Shown in pieces: positions 54,517 to 64,000 of a stretch of 64,000 nt of DNA. The notes below the pieces were generated by a model. The model did not search any database. It was not told the origin of the DNA and worked only from the letters and a program-made list of their open reading frames with translations. Both the position numbers and the translations under genes were made by a program. Source of the stretch: Dehalococcoidia bacterium (GTDB lineage: Bacteria; Chloroflexota; Dehalococcoidia; Lucifugimonadales; UBA3495); assembly GCA_965216025.1 (NCBI GenBank), contig CBDCEX010000017.1, positions 377,768-441,767 of the forward strand, given 5' to 3'. Position 1 is the stretch's first letter. Each line of letters starts with the position of its first letter.

Positions 54517-55458
54517 ATGCGCCTGGTTTTCATGGGCACTCCCGTTTTTGTAGTCCCGGTGTTGGATGCCTTGGTTCAGGATTCAAATATCGAAATCACC
54601 GGCGTCTACACTCCTCCCGACCGTGGCCAGGGACGCGGCCGGTCCTCCCCGATGCCGCCGGTCAAGGCCTACGCGCTGGAGCATGGGCTGCCGGTGTTTC
54701 AGCCAGCCAGCCTGCGCCGGGAAGAGGTGCAACGGGAGATGGCCTCCCTCAGTCCCGAGGTGATAGTGGTGGCAGCCTACGGCAAGTTTCTCCCATCGGC
54801 CGTCTTGAATATCCCGTCCAGCGGTTGTCTCAACCTCCATCCTTCCCGGCTGCCCAAGTATCGGGGGCCTTCTCCCGTGATCACGACCATCTTGGAGGGC
54901 GATGAGACGACGGGTGTCACGCTAATGCTTCTGGATCAGGGCATGGACACCGGACCGATAATCGCCCAACGCGAGCAGGCCGTCGGTCCGGAGGATACGG
55001 CAGAAACCCTGACCGCTGCTCTGTTCCGGTTAGGCGCGTCCCTCCTATTGGAGCAACTGGTTCCCTGGGTGGCCGGCGAGCTGCCTTGCCAGCCCCAGGA
55101 TGACAGCCGGGCCACTGTGACGCGGAAGCTGGAACGCAGCGACGGCGAGGCCGCTTGGAATTTATCATCCCAACAGCTGAACCGCCGCCGCCGGGCATTC
55201 ACTCCCTGGCCGGGCCTGTTCACCCACTGGCGCGGTCAGGTGTTGAAATTGCTGGAGGTCACCGACTTGTCCGATCTGCCGGAAGTTCAGGTCGCTCCGG
55301 GAAGGGTGGTCTGTCTGGATGCGGCCGGCGTGCCCGCAGGAATTGGCACCGCCCAGGGAATGCTGGGGCTCAAAAGGGTACAGCTGGAGGGCCGGAGCCC
55401 CACTGGGGCTGCGGATTTCCTGAAAGGGTATCCCCAGTTTATTGGGGCGCAACTGTAG
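54517..55458 (+). CDS. fmt: Methionyl-tRNA formyltransferase
   Basis: ORF 54460..55458, ATG 54517 after ccaggagg. Sequence MRLVFMGTP..., HPSRLPKYRGPSPV. Confidence 0.9.
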   Translation: MRLVFMGTPVFVVPVLDALVQDSNIEITGVYTPPDRGQGRGRSSPMPPVKAYALEHGLPVFQPASLRREEVQREMASLSPEVIVVAAYGKFLPSAVLNIPSSGCLNLHPSRLPKYRGPSPVITTILEGDETTGVTLMLLDQGMDTGPIIAQREQAVGPEDTAETLTAALFRLGASLLLEQLVPWVAGELPCQPQDDSRATVTRKLERSDGEAAWNLSSQQLNRRRRAFTPWPGLFTHWRGQVLKLLEVTDLSDLPEVQVAPGRVVCLDAAGVPAGIGTAQGMLGLKRVQLEGRSPTGAADFLKGYPQFIGAQL

Positions 55459-55481
55459 CCGGGAATCAGAGTCTTTCCCTT

Positions 55482-55609
55482 GTCATTGCGAGGGCCGCAG
55501 CCGGAAACAATCTCATGAGGGTAAGGAGAGATTGCTTCGCGGAGTTTATCCTGAGCGCAGCCGAAGGGCGCCTTCGGAATGACAAGGGCGTCTTGAGATA
55601 GTTAATCAG
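55482..55609. repeat. MITE-like repeat, module B (inverted), followed by an IS5-like terminus motif
   Basis: gtcattgcgagggccgcag ... gagattgcttcgcggagtttatcctgagcgcagccgaaggg ... ggaatgac (55482-55582), then cttgagatagttaatcag (55592-55609). Confidence 0.75.
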
Positions 55610-55631
55610 CGCATTCTTCTGGAGGTGAACC

Positions 55632-56588
55632 ATGGCGAATAGGACCAAGAATATTCCCTCGGAAGCTCAGGTTTTGGAATGGATGACCTCCCTCAGTAAC
55701 TGGGGGCGCTGGGGTGAGGACGACCAGAAGGGGTGCTTGAACCTGATCACCCCGGACAAGCGCAAGCAGGCGGCGGCCCTGGTTCAGGATGGGATTACCG
55801 TTAGCTGCGCCCGTCCCATCACCACGGAGATCCAGCCCGACACCACCTTTCAGGTACAGCGGTACATGGTAGACAGCGGGGAAGGCCGGGACACCGACCC
55901 GCCGGAGCGCCGGTTGGTCCGGCGCGGGGCCTCGGAGTTCATCGGCATGGTGTTCCACGGTCAGACCATCACCCACATCGATGCGCTTTCTCATTATTCC
56001 TGGCAGGGCAGGCTCTACAATGGCAAACCGGCCAGTGTCATTACCTCCCGGGAAGGGGCCCAGAGCCACTCCATTGAAGTGGCCGCCCAGGGAATAGTCA
56101 CCAGGGGGGTTCTGCTGGATATAACCCGAGTCCGCGGCGCCGACTGGCTGGAACCTACCGACCCGGTGATGCCCGAGGACTTGGAGGCCGCGGAGCGCTT
56201 ACAAGGTGTGCGGGTGGAGGAGGGGGATATTCTGCTGGTCCGAACCGGCAACTATCGAATGCGTCTGGAGACCGGACGAGTTCCCAACACCCAGCCGAGC
56301 ACGGCTTGCCAGGTGGCCTGCACCCCCTGGTTCAAGGAGCGGGGCGTGGCCATGCTGGGGACCGACACCTCCAACGACATCCGCCCCAGCCACTACGCCA
56401 CGGTAACCGCGCCGTTGCACACGGTATCCTTGGTGACCCTGGGCATGTGGCTGATCGACAACACCAATCTGGAACAACTGGCGGAGGCCTGCGCCGAGCG
56501 GGGTCGGTACGAGTTCATGCTTTCCTTGGGGCCTTTGGTTCTGCGGAACGTAACCGGCAGTCCGGTCAATCCGATAGCGATATTTTAG
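55632..56588 (+). CDS. Cyclase-family protein (kynurenine formamidase-like fold)
   Basis: 318 aa with QTITHIDALSHY, GVLLDITR, GDILLVRTG and LGTDTSNDI. Confidence 0.7.
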   Translation: MANRTKNIPSEAQVLEWMTSLSNWGRWGEDDQKGCLNLITPDKRKQAAALVQDGITVSCARPITTEIQPDTTFQVQRYMVDSGEGRDTDPPERRLVRRGASEFIGMVFHGQTITHIDALSHYSWQGRLYNGKPASVITSREGAQSHSIEVAAQGIVTRGVLLDITRVRGADWLEPTDPVMPEDLEAAERLQGVRVEEGDILLVRTGNYRMRLETGRVPNTQPSTACQVACTPWFKERGVAMLGTDTSNDIRPSHYATVTAPLHTVSLVTLGMWLIDNTNLEQLAEACAERGRYEFMLSLGPLVLRNVTGSPVNPIAIF

Positions 56589-56751
56589 ATGGCTTCCATA
56601 CCCAGGTTCTGGGACCCAAGGCCTGGGACGGCACCGGCAAGGAAGGGGTGAAGCTAATCTACCAGACTGCCATCGTCAAACTGTGTTCCCACTTGTCTAG
56701 CTGTATGCTAAACTCCTGTTTCAAGTCCTGCGCTATTGGAGTAGCCCAGAG

Positions 56752-58014
56752 TTGAGTGTTCCCGTTACTGAAATAGGACCCGCCTCCGAAGCAAGAATGG
56801 AAACCCGAGAGGTCGACCTGCCGGGGATTTTGGAATGGGCTCAGGCGGGCCGGGAAATAGCCGATGAGGAGGCTAGCCTCCTGATCTCGGCGGAAAACGA
56901 TCAGGTGGCCGCTCTTTGCGGCGTCGCTGCCGGGATTCGAGACCGGGGCAAGGGTCACGTCGTGACCTTTTCGCCCAAGGTCTTCATACCCCTCACCCGA
57001 CTGTGCCGCGATCTTTGCGGCTATTGCACCTTTCGGCAGGACCCCTCCTCGGCGGCTAGCCTGTACCTGACTCCGGAACAGGTGCTGGACGTGGCCCGGC
57101 GCGGCCAACAGATGGGGTGCACCGAGGCATTGTTTACCCTGGGCGAGCGTCCCGAGCAACGGTACTCCGAAGCCAAAGAGTGGCTGGAGAGGCGAGGATT
57201 CAAGACCACCTTAGAATATTTGGCCTATGTGTGCCGGCTGGTAATGGAGGAAACCTCGCTGCTTCCCCACGCCAATCCCGGCACTATGAGCCGCCGGGAA
57301 ATGACTGCTTTACAGCCCTACAATCCTTCCATGGGACTGATGCTGGAGAGCACCAGCGATAGGTTATACCAGGCGGGCGGCCCTCATGAGTTAGCGCCCA
57401 GCAAACGGCCCAGAGTCCGCCTGCGAACCCTGGAAATCGCCGGTGAGTTGGGTATCCCCTTCACCACCGGAATTCTGGTGGGCATCGGTGAAACTCGCCA
57501 GGACCGCATAGACTCCCTGCTGGCCATCCGGCGTCTCCAGCAGGCGCATGGCCACGTCCAAGAGGTCATCATTCAAAATTTCCGAGCCAAGCCGGCTACT
57601 CCCATGGAGCGACAGCCCGACGCCTCTACAATAGAGATGCTCTGGACTGTGGCGGTGGCCCGGCTGCTGCTGGGACCGGACGCCAATATCCAGGTCCCGC
57701 CCAACCTCAGCGCGTCAGATTATGAGATCTACTTGGACGCGGGAATTAACGATTGGGGCGGGGTCTCGCCCTTGACCATAGATTACGTAAATCCAGAGGC
57801 GCCCTGGCCGGGTTTGCCTGAGCTGCGAGTTCGATCCCAAGAGAAGGGGTTTGAGCTACGCCCCAGGCTGCCGGTCTATCCGGAATACTTCGCGGAAGAC
57901 TTCGTTGGAACCAACGGTTTTCTGCCCGCGGCGCTGAAGCAGAAAGTCGCGGCGCTGGCCGATGCCCAAGGATACGTGAAAGGGGGAATACAACGGTATG
58001 TCGGAACCGACTAG
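56752..58014 (+). CDS. cofG: FO synthase subunit 1 (7,8-didemethyl-8-hydroxy-5-deazariboflavin synthase CofG), radical SAM
   Basis: 420 aa. CRDLCGYCTF cluster motif. Overlaps cofH by 17 nt. Start uncertain by a few codons. Confidence 0.85.
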   Translation: MSVPVTEIGPASEARMETREVDLPGILEWAQAGREIADEEASLLISAENDQVAALCGVAAGIRDRGKGHVVTFSPKVFIPLTRLCRDLCGYCTFRQDPSSAASLYLTPEQVLDVARRGQQMGCTEALFTLGERPEQRYSEAKEWLERRGFKTTLEYLAYVCRLVMEETSLLPHANPGTMSRREMTALQPYNPSMGLMLESTSDRLYQAGGPHELAPSKRPRVRLRTLEIAGELGIPFTTGILVGIGETRQDRIDSLLAIRRLQQAHGHVQEVIIQNFRAKPATPMERQPDASTIEMLWTVAVARLLLGPDANIQVPPNLSASDYEIYLDAGINDWGGVSPLTIDYVNPEAPWPGLPELRVRSQEKGFELRPRLPVYPEYFAEDFVGTNGFLPAALKQKVAALADAQGYVKGGIQRYVGTD

Positions 58015-59332
58015 CCAGCGTCCCGCCCCAGATGGTGTACCCGTAGATGATCTAGATGCACTGCTGGGCCAGCTGAATCCAGCAGTAGCCCGGGCCTTGA
58101 ATAAGGCCTTGGAAGGGAAGGACATCTCGGTGGATGAGGCCTTGGTCCTGTTCGGCACTGCCGGCCTGGAGTTCAGCGCCTTGCAGATGGTGGCCGATGA
58201 ACTGCGGCGCCGTACCGTGGGTGATGTGGCCACCTATGTAGTTAACCGCAACATCAACTTCACCAATGTCTGCATCAAGCGTTGCGGCTTCTGCGCCTTT
58301 AGCCGGGATTTTCGCCAAGAGGAAGGCTACTTCCTGCCGTTAAATGAGATCATCCGAAGGGCCAAGGAAGCTTGGGATTACGGCGCTACCGAGGTATGTG
58401 TCCAGGCCGGTCTCCCGCCCCAGATGGAGGGCGATCTTTACATCAAGCTGTGCCAGGCCATCAAAGAAGAATTACCGGACATCCACATCCACGGCTTCTC
58501 CCCCGAAGAGGTTCTTTACGGGTCTATCCGGTCCCAGTGCAGCATCAAGGAATATTTGGAGGGTCTCAAGGAGGCCGGAGTCGGGAGCCTGCCCGGCACC
58601 TCCGCCGAGATCCTGGACCAAGAGCTGCGGGATCGGATCTCGCCGGGCCGGATTCGGGTGGACCAGTGGATTGAGGTGATAACCACTGCCCATGAATTGG
58701 GTATTCCCACCACCTCCACCGTCATGTTCGGCCATGTGGAAACTGATGAGCAGCTGGCCCGGCACATTGGGTTGATTCGGGATATTCAACAGCGCAGCGG
58801 TGGGATAACCGAATTCGTGCCCCTTAGTTTCGTTAACAGCGAGGCCCCCATGTTCCTGAAAGAGTTGGTGGAGGACGTGCGGTCCGGCCCCTCCGGCATG
58901 GAGGTAATCAAGGTTCACGCCATCGCCCGAATCATGCTGAACAACTGGATACCCAACATCCAGGCCTCCTGGGTCAAGGAGGGCAGCCGTATGTCCCAGT
59001 TGCTGCTGACGGCCGGCGTCAACGACCTGGGCGGCACTCTTATTAACGAGAGCATTTCCACAGCGGCCGGCGCCCAGCACGGGCAGCTCATGCGACCTAA
59101 TGAATTTCGGCAGATGATCCGTCAGGCCGGACGGGTGCCCGCGGAAAGATATACCGACTATCGGATCAAACGGGTCTTTAGTGACACCGACCAGGAGTTG
59201 GACCCCCTGGACCTGGTGGGGAGCAATGTGGAGGAGATCTTCGGATCATATCAGCGGCTGGTAAAGCTGGACACCTACCGTTTCGAGCATCCCAATCACC
59301 CCAAAAGCCCCCAAGTGGGCGCCAACCCCTGA
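57998..59332 (+). CDS. cofH: FO synthase subunit 2 (CofH), radical SAM
   Basis: 444 aa. CIKRCGFCAF cluster motif. Confidence 0.85.
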   Translation: MSEPTSQRPAPDGVPVDDLDALLGQLNPAVARALNKALEGKDISVDEALVLFGTAGLEFSALQMVADELRRRTVGDVATYVVNRNINFTNVCIKRCGFCAFSRDFRQEEGYFLPLNEIIRRAKEAWDYGATEVCVQAGLPPQMEGDLYIKLCQAIKEELPDIHIHGFSPEEVLYGSIRSQCSIKEYLEGLKEAGVGSLPGTSAEILDQELRDRISPGRIRVDQWIEVITTAHELGIPTTSTVMFGHVETDEQLARHIGLIRDIQQRSGGITEFVPLSFVNSEAPMFLKELVEDVRSGPSGMEVIKVHAIARIMLNNWIPNIQASWVKEGSRMSQLLLTAGVNDLGGTLINESISTAAGAQHGQLMRPNEFRQMIRQAGRVPAERYTDYRIKRVFSDTDQELDPLDLVGSNVEEIFGSYQRLVKLDTYRFEHPNHPKSPQVGANP

Positions 59333-59342
59333 GCTAGTACGG

Positions 59343-59535
59343 TTAAGTAATTATCTCCAAATGACACCCCGAGCCTAAGGGCTCCCTGCTCTGAAAATAA
59401 CCGGTTCGCCCTTCGTGAGCCTCAGGACGAACGGGACCTCAACCGCTCGTGGTGAGCCTGTCGAACCATGAGCCGAGGGGAATCCATTTTCATCTGTAGG
59501 TGGCGCTCCACCAGGGCATGATAACTCGGAATTAC
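59343..59535. repeat. IS5-like terminus motif plus MITE-like module A (inverted)
   Basis: ttaagtaattatctccaaa (59343-59361), then aatgacacc ... ggtggcgctccaccagggcatgataactcggaattac. Confidence 0.75.
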
Positions 59536-59551
59536 ATGGCTCGCGAATTTT

Positions 59552-60499
59552 ATGGATGCTAAGGTACTGGCTCTGGCGGGCGGCGTGGGCGGGGCCAAAC
59601 TGGCCCTGGGGCTGGCCCGTACCCTGCCGCCGGATCAGCTAACCATTGTGGTTAATACCGGCGATGACGAATGTTTCCACGGGCTGCACGTCTCTCCAGA
59701 CTTGGATACGGTAATGTATACTCTGGCGGGGCTGTCCAATCCCGAGACCGGATGGGGTTTGGCCCAGGAAACCTTTCAGGCGCTGGAGATGCTGGGGCGT
59801 TATCGCGCCGAGACCTGGTTCAGCTTGGGGGATAAGGATCTGGCGACCCATATCCGGCGCACCCAACTCTTGCGGGAAGGCATGTCGCTCTCCGAGGTTA
59901 CTGCCGAGCTCGTTAGCTGTTTGGGGGTTGCCGAGCAGATTGCCCCCCAAATTGTCCCAATGAGCGACCAGCCGGTCCGAACCGTGCTGGAGACCGATGC
60001 CGGGGACTTGCCGATGCAGGAATACTTTGTCAAACATGGCAGCCAGCCCCAGGTCCGAAGCATTCGCTATGAAGGGGCGGAGCAGGCCCTCCCGTCCCCT
60101 TCCTTTGCCCAGGCCCTGAAGCAATCTGGGATGGTGGTGTTTTGTCCGTCCAACCCCTTCCTTAGCCTGGGCCCCATTCTTGCCATACCTGGTGTACGGG
60201 AAAGCCTGACAGCAGCCCCCAATAAAGTAGCGGTGAGCCCAATTATTGGTGGTGAGGCTCTGAGGGGCCCGGCGGCGAAAATCATGGCAGAACTCGGCTA
60301 TCCAGCCTCCTGCGTCGGCGTTGCGCGTCAGTACCAGGGCATCTGTGACTATTTTCTGCTGGACCAGCAAGACGCGGGTCTGGCCCCGGAGATTGAGAAG
60401 CTGGGAATGACACCCCTGGTGGCCCCTATAATAATGCAAAGCGACGATGACAAAGTTGCCTTGGCCAACTACGTCCTGAGCTTGCCCGAGTTTGCCTGA
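59552..60499 (+). CDS. cofD: 2-phospho-L-lactate transferase
   Basis: 315 aa with LALAGGVGGAKLALGL and VVNTGDDECFHGLHVSPDLDTVMYTLAG. Confidence 0.85.
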   Translation: MDAKVLALAGGVGGAKLALGLARTLPPDQLTIVVNTGDDECFHGLHVSPDLDTVMYTLAGLSNPETGWGLAQETFQALEMLGRYRAETWFSLGDKDLATHIRRTQLLREGMSLSEVTAELVSCLGVAEQIAPQIVPMSDQPVRTVLETDAGDLPMQEYFVKHGSQPQVRSIRYEGAEQALPSPSFAQALKQSGMVVFCPSNPFLSLGPILAIPGVRESLTAAPNKVAVSPIIGGEALRGPAAKIMAELGYPASCVGVARQYQGICDYFLLDQQDAGLAPEIEKLGMTPLVAPIIMQSDDDKVALANYVLSLPEFA

Positions 60500-61167
60500 T
60501 GACTGAACCCCACGAGCAGAACTTCACCGTAATCCCCATCATCCCTATGAAGCCCTTGGCCGAGGGCAAGACCCGGCTGGGGCGCCAGTTCAACCAATCG
60601 CAGCGGGCCGACCTAGCCGCCGGGATGCTCCGGCGGGTTATATCCGCCATTAAAGGGGCTTCAATCGAACTGTTCTGGGTCATCGGCGGGGATGACCGGG
60701 TCACCCACCTGGTACGCAACGAGGACGGGATTTGGCTGCCCGAAATGGGCCGGAACCTGAACGACACCCTTAGCAAGGCGTTTGCCACGGCATTCCAGGA
60801 AGGATACTCGGTCCTTTATCTGCCCGGGGACCTGCCTTTTATCAAACCCAGCGACGTAATTAACCTGATTCGCTCCTCCGAGCGCCGCAACAACATTACC
60901 CTGGCGCCAGCCCGCAGAGACGGCGGCACCAACGGCATCCTCGTGCCCCATGGCATTGTTTTCCAGCCCGAGTTGGGGGAGCGCAGTTTCGCCAAACACC
61001 TGGCCCAAGCTGCCAGGATGGAGGTTTCCGTAGCCATCTGCTACAGCCCCGGTCTGGGCTTCGACCTGGATACCGTGGATGACCTGGAGACCTATGAACA
61101 CATGGAGCCGGGTCTGCTGCAGCGGTTGGTCCCTTATTGGAAGGCCGGTAAACCATTCACGCCCTGA
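60499..61167 (+). CDS. cofC: 2-phospho-L-lactate / phosphoenolpyruvate guanylyltransferase (CofC/FbiD)
   Basis: 222 aa with IIPMKPLAEGKTRLG and YLPGDLPFIKPSDV. Start overlaps the cofD stop. Confidence 0.8.
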   Translation: MTEPHEQNFTVIPIIPMKPLAEGKTRLGRQFNQSQRADLAAGMLRRVISAIKGASIELFWVIGGDDRVTHLVRNEDGIWLPEMGRNLNDTLSKAFATAFQEGYSVLYLPGDLPFIKPSDVINLIRSSERRNNITLAPARRDGGTNGILVPHGIVFQPELGERSFAKHLAQAARMEVSVAICYSPGLGFDLDTVDDLETYEHMEPGLLQRLVPYWKAGKPFTP

Positions 61168-61245
61168 TTGATTACCCTTCCCGGATTGGATTGATTAGCC
61201 TTCCCGGAGGTTGGCATCCCTAACAAGATAAAGCTGGGCGTCTTA

Positions 61246-62181
61246 TTGCCCACCAGGGGTCTTCTCCTGAAGGAGGCGCCTCCCACCGATGCCGGGCTGG
61301 TTATCCGGCTGGCCCAAAGGGCGGAAGAGGCCGGCCTGGACTCGGTCTGGGTCGGGGACAGCCTCATCGCCAAGCCACGGTTGGAGCCCTTGACCACCCT
61401 GGCGGCGGTGGCGGCGGTTACCGAGAGGGTCAGGCTGGGAACCGCAGTGCTGCTGATGGCGCTGCGGCATCCGGTGTTGCTGGCCCAGTCCTTGGCCACG
61501 GTTGACTTGATTTCCCGAGGCAGGCTAATCGTGGCCGCCGGCGCCGGGGGAGCATTTAATCAGGAGCAGCAGCAGGAATGGAAGGTGGCCGGCGTCCAAG
61601 CCTCCCGCCGGGTGTCTCGACTGGAGGAAATGGTTAACATCTTGAAAGGCCTGGGTACCGGGGAACCCTTCGATTTCCGAGGGAGGCATTTTGAGCTGAA
61701 TTCAGTCACCATGAAGCCCCGCCCGGTCCAGGCGAGTGGGATACCCATTCTGCTGGCCTGCCATTGGAGAGGGCCGGCCCGGGATGCCCAAGTGGAAAGG
61801 GCGGCTCGCCTGGCGGATGGGATAATTTCCATTTCGGACACGCCGGAGGAGTATTCCCAGCTGATTCAGAATGTACGGGCCCGCAGCGCTGAGCTGGGCC
61901 GGCAGCCGGCAGCCTGGGAGTCCGCCGTGTACCTGACGGTCAACATGGAGCAGGATAAGGACCGAGCCCAGGCCGAGGCGGAGCAGTTTTTGTTGGGCTA
62001 TTACGGCTCCAACATCTGGGGAGACCGGTGGGGCCCCTTTGGCGACCCGGCCCGAGTCAAGGACCGTTTGTTGGCCTATGCCGAGGCCGGGGCCCAAACC
62101 CTGATAGTTAGGTTTGCCTCCTATGAACCGGAGCGGCAATTGGACACATTTTTGGAAAAGGTGGCGCCGTTTATTGATTGA
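61246..62181 (+). CDS. LLM-class (luciferase-like) oxidoreductase, probably F420-dependent
   Basis: 311 aa with AEEAGLDSVWVGDSL and LDLISRGRLIVAAGAG. TTG start. Adjacent to cofC. Confidence 0.75.
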   Translation: MPTRGLLLKEAPPTDAGLVIRLAQRAEEAGLDSVWVGDSLIAKPRLEPLTTLAAVAAVTERVRLGTAVLLMALRHPVLLAQSLATVDLISRGRLIVAAGAGGAFNQEQQQEWKVAGVQASRRVSRLEEMVNILKGLGTGEPFDFRGRHFELNSVTMKPRPVQASGIPILLACHWRGPARDAQVERAARLADGIISISDTPEEYSQLIQNVRARSAELGRQPAAWESAVYLTVNMEQDKDRAQAEAEQFLLGYYGSNIWGDRWGPFGDPARVKDRLLAYAEAGAQTLIVRFASYEPERQLDTFLEKVAPFID

Positions 62182-62212
62182 ACTGATTGCTTGGACTTAT
62201 GCAGTGAGATTA

Positions 62213-62372
62213 TTCAGTAACTATCCCAAAACGAGCCCTGCCATTCCGAAGGGGCGAAGCGACTGAGGAATCTAAATCCTGTCGGAGGCGTCACCGTTGG
62301 GTAAATCCCCGTATATCCCACTTTTAAAAGGGGGACTGAGGGGGATTTGGATCTTACAAAATTAGAACTCTT
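62213..62372. repeat. Composite intergenic repeats: IS5-like terminus motif, family-3 hairpin, family-2 palindrome
   Basis: ttcagtaactatcccaaaac (62213-62232); ccattccgaaggggcgaagcgactgaggaatctaaatc; cttttaaaagggggactgagggggatttggatcttac. Confidence 0.7.
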
Positions 62373-62411
62373 GTCAAGCATCAGTCATCGCCCCCTGGGA
62401 GGTATCCGTCG

Positions 62412-63185
62412 TTGTATCCGATAGATTTGTCCGGACAGAAGGGTGTGATTTTCGGCGTTGCCAACGATCGCAGCATCGCTTGGTCCATCGCCAAACTTCT
62501 GGGACAATCCGGGGCCCAACTGGCCCTCACCTACCAAAATGAACGGCTGCAGGGACGGGTAGAGCGACTCGCCGCTACCCTGGAGGGCGCCATAACTCTG
62601 CCCTGCGACGCCGCTGAGGACGAACAAATAGAGGCCGTTTTTCAGCGTATCGGCGAAGAGTTCGGTGATCTGTCCTTTCTGGTGCACAGCATTGCCTACG
62701 CCAGCCGGGAGGATCTATCGGGTAATTTCTCCGATACCAATCGGGAAGGATTTCGTCTGGCTCTGGAGATTAGCGCCTACACCCTACTGCCCCTCCTGAA
62801 GCACGCCGCCCCGCTGATGAAAAACGGGGGCAGCGTCTTAACCATGACCTTTCAGGCATCGCAGCGAGTCTATCCTGGGTACAATATTATGGGAACCGCC
62901 AAAGCCGCGCTGGAGCATGAGGTGCGGCAGCTGGCCGCGGAGTTCGGGCAGCAGAATGTGCGGGTCAATGCGATATCAGCGGGCCCGCTGGACACCCTGG
63001 GGGCCCGGGGCATCCACGGGTTTCTGGATATGAAACGGATTCATGCCGAGAAGGCGCCGCTGCACCGGAATATTACCGCCGAGGAGGTGGCGAAAACCGC
63101 GCTGTTCCTATGCAGTGACCTTTCCAGCGGCATTACCGGCTCCATCATTCCCGTGGACGCTGGTTACCACATAATGGCAGTCTAG
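62412..63185 (+). CDS. fabI: Enoyl-[acyl-carrier-protein] reductase (NADH)
   Basis: 257 aa with GVIFGVANDRSIAWSIAK, YPGYNIMGTAKAALE and ISAGP. TTG start after gggagg. Confidence 0.9.
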   Translation: MYPIDLSGQKGVIFGVANDRSIAWSIAKLLGQSGAQLALTYQNERLQGRVERLAATLEGAITLPCDAAEDEQIEAVFQRIGEEFGDLSFLVHSIAYASREDLSGNFSDTNREGFRLALEISAYTLLPLLKHAAPLMKNGGSVLTMTFQASQRVYPGYNIMGTAKAALEHEVRQLAAEFGQQNVRVNAISAGPLDTLGARGIHGFLDMKRIHAEKAPLHRNITAEEVAKTALFLCSDLSSGITGSIIPVDAGYHIMAV

Positions 63186-63244
63186 AGGCTGGAGCCGGCA
63201 ATGCCCGAGTGGTGATTTAATCGTGGGGCAGATGGCCGCTGGTG

Positions 63245-63994
63245 TTAGATGCCTTCCACTCGCCGCTGGTCCTCTTCCGCCTTCTGGCTCAAGCCCAGAC
63301 GCAGGTAACCCTCGGCCCTTTTGGCCCAGGCGGGGCGGTAATTGGGATCCAAGGCGATGGCCTTGGTGAACTGATCCACAGCCTCTTGAATCCGGCCTTG
63401 GGTGAACAGGGAGACACCCCGCTCGGTCAGGCCGGCGGCGGTTAGGGGGAAGCGGAAAGCTGGCTTGGGAGCCGGTGCCGGCGGCAGGGGCTCCACCGGC
63501 ACCGGCTCCACCCGTTGCTCCTCATTCAAATTTGCGGTCGAATCAGCCGTGGTGGCCTGCTCAGAAGCAACCACAGTGGCGGATGCACCGGCCTGCGCCT
63601 CATCCTGAACCCTAGGAATGACATCGGCCGGCGCCTCAGAGGCGAGGGTGGCGGCCGCCTTGGGCTGCTCTACCCCGGGCTGATCTAATTTTGTGGGATC
63701 TTCCGGAGCGGCGCCTTCTGGCGCGTAAGGCTGGTCCAGTTGCCAGCCGCAATTGACGCAGAAATTGTGGCCGGTGGCATGGTAAGCCTGGCACTTGGGA
63801 CAAATCACTCGGTCTTCAGGGATATTGACCGGAGTTTGAGGAACCTTCCGGAAGAAGAGCAGAAAGACCATGGGGGCCATGCCGAGAATTGGAGGCAGGT
63901 AACCATCCTTTAGGCCCAGTAAGTCGGACGCCGTCATCAAGAGGATGGATGCGCCGCCCCAAAGCCAGGGGTTCTGGCCCCTGGAGCGGGCCAA
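63245..63994 (-). CDS. Membrane protein with zinc-ribbon and C-terminal TPR-like repeat (5' end may lie beyond the window)
   Basis: CPKCQAYHATGHNFCVNCG zinc ribbon, Pro/Ala-rich linker, and a TPR-like FTQGRIQEAVDQFTKAIALDPNYRPAW. The frame is still open at 64000. Confidence 0.6.
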   Translation of the reverse strand: MARSRGQNPWLWGGASILLMTASDLLGLKDGYLPPILGMAPMVFLLFFRKVPQTPVNIPEDRVICPKCQAYHATGHNFCVNCGWQLDQPYAPEGAAPEDPTKLDQPGVEQPKAAATLASEAPADVIPRVQDEAQAGASATVVASEQATTADSTANLNEEQRVEPVPVEPLPPAPAPKPAFRFPLTAAGLTERGVSLFTQGRIQEAVDQFTKAIALDPNYRPAWAKRAEGYLRLGLSQKAEEDQRRVEGI

Positions 63995-64000
63995 GCGTAC

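Overview
This looks like a high-GC bacterial chromosomal segment. Chloroflexota-like is my guess from gene content and repeat style, not something I verified. The backbone is housekeeping genes: gatC-gatA-asnS, panC, etfBA, htpX, ruvB, recG, uvrB, yebC-ruvC-ruvA, rpsP-KH-rimM, fmt and fabI. There are also metal-homeostasis modules (a DtxR-like repressor with Fe(III)-type ABC transporter genes; Fur-like with a NicO-type Ni/Co transporter), a coenzyme F420 cluster (cofG, cofH, cofD, cofC and an LLM-class oxidoreductase), and a split D-glutamate-cyclase pair. The window is heavily colonised by mobile DNA. I count eight insertion sequences from six families (IS630 x2, IS66, IS5, ISAs1 x2, IS701, IS1380), about one sixth of the window by my coordinates. 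Most have termini and target-site duplications that can be read directly. At least three families of short intergenic MITE/REP-like repeats are also present. The most interesting locus is a visibly AT-richer two-gene island at about 42.8-46.3 kb. It encodes a GlnD/DUF294-like Pol-beta nucleotidyltransferase (split by an IS1380 insertion, cleanly reconstructable) followed by a 2H (double HxT) phosphoesterase. I do not recognise this pairing as a named system; it could be a nucleotide-signal make-and-break, defence or RNA-repair module. Secondary candidates are a HerA-like ATPase with a small overlapping barrel-like partner, a TPP-decarboxylase pair with a degenerate third paralog, and a 650-bp structured intergenic region between rpsP and fmt. 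All calls come from reading the sequence and ORF translations by eye. No database search was run, and IS and repeat ends may be off by a few bases.
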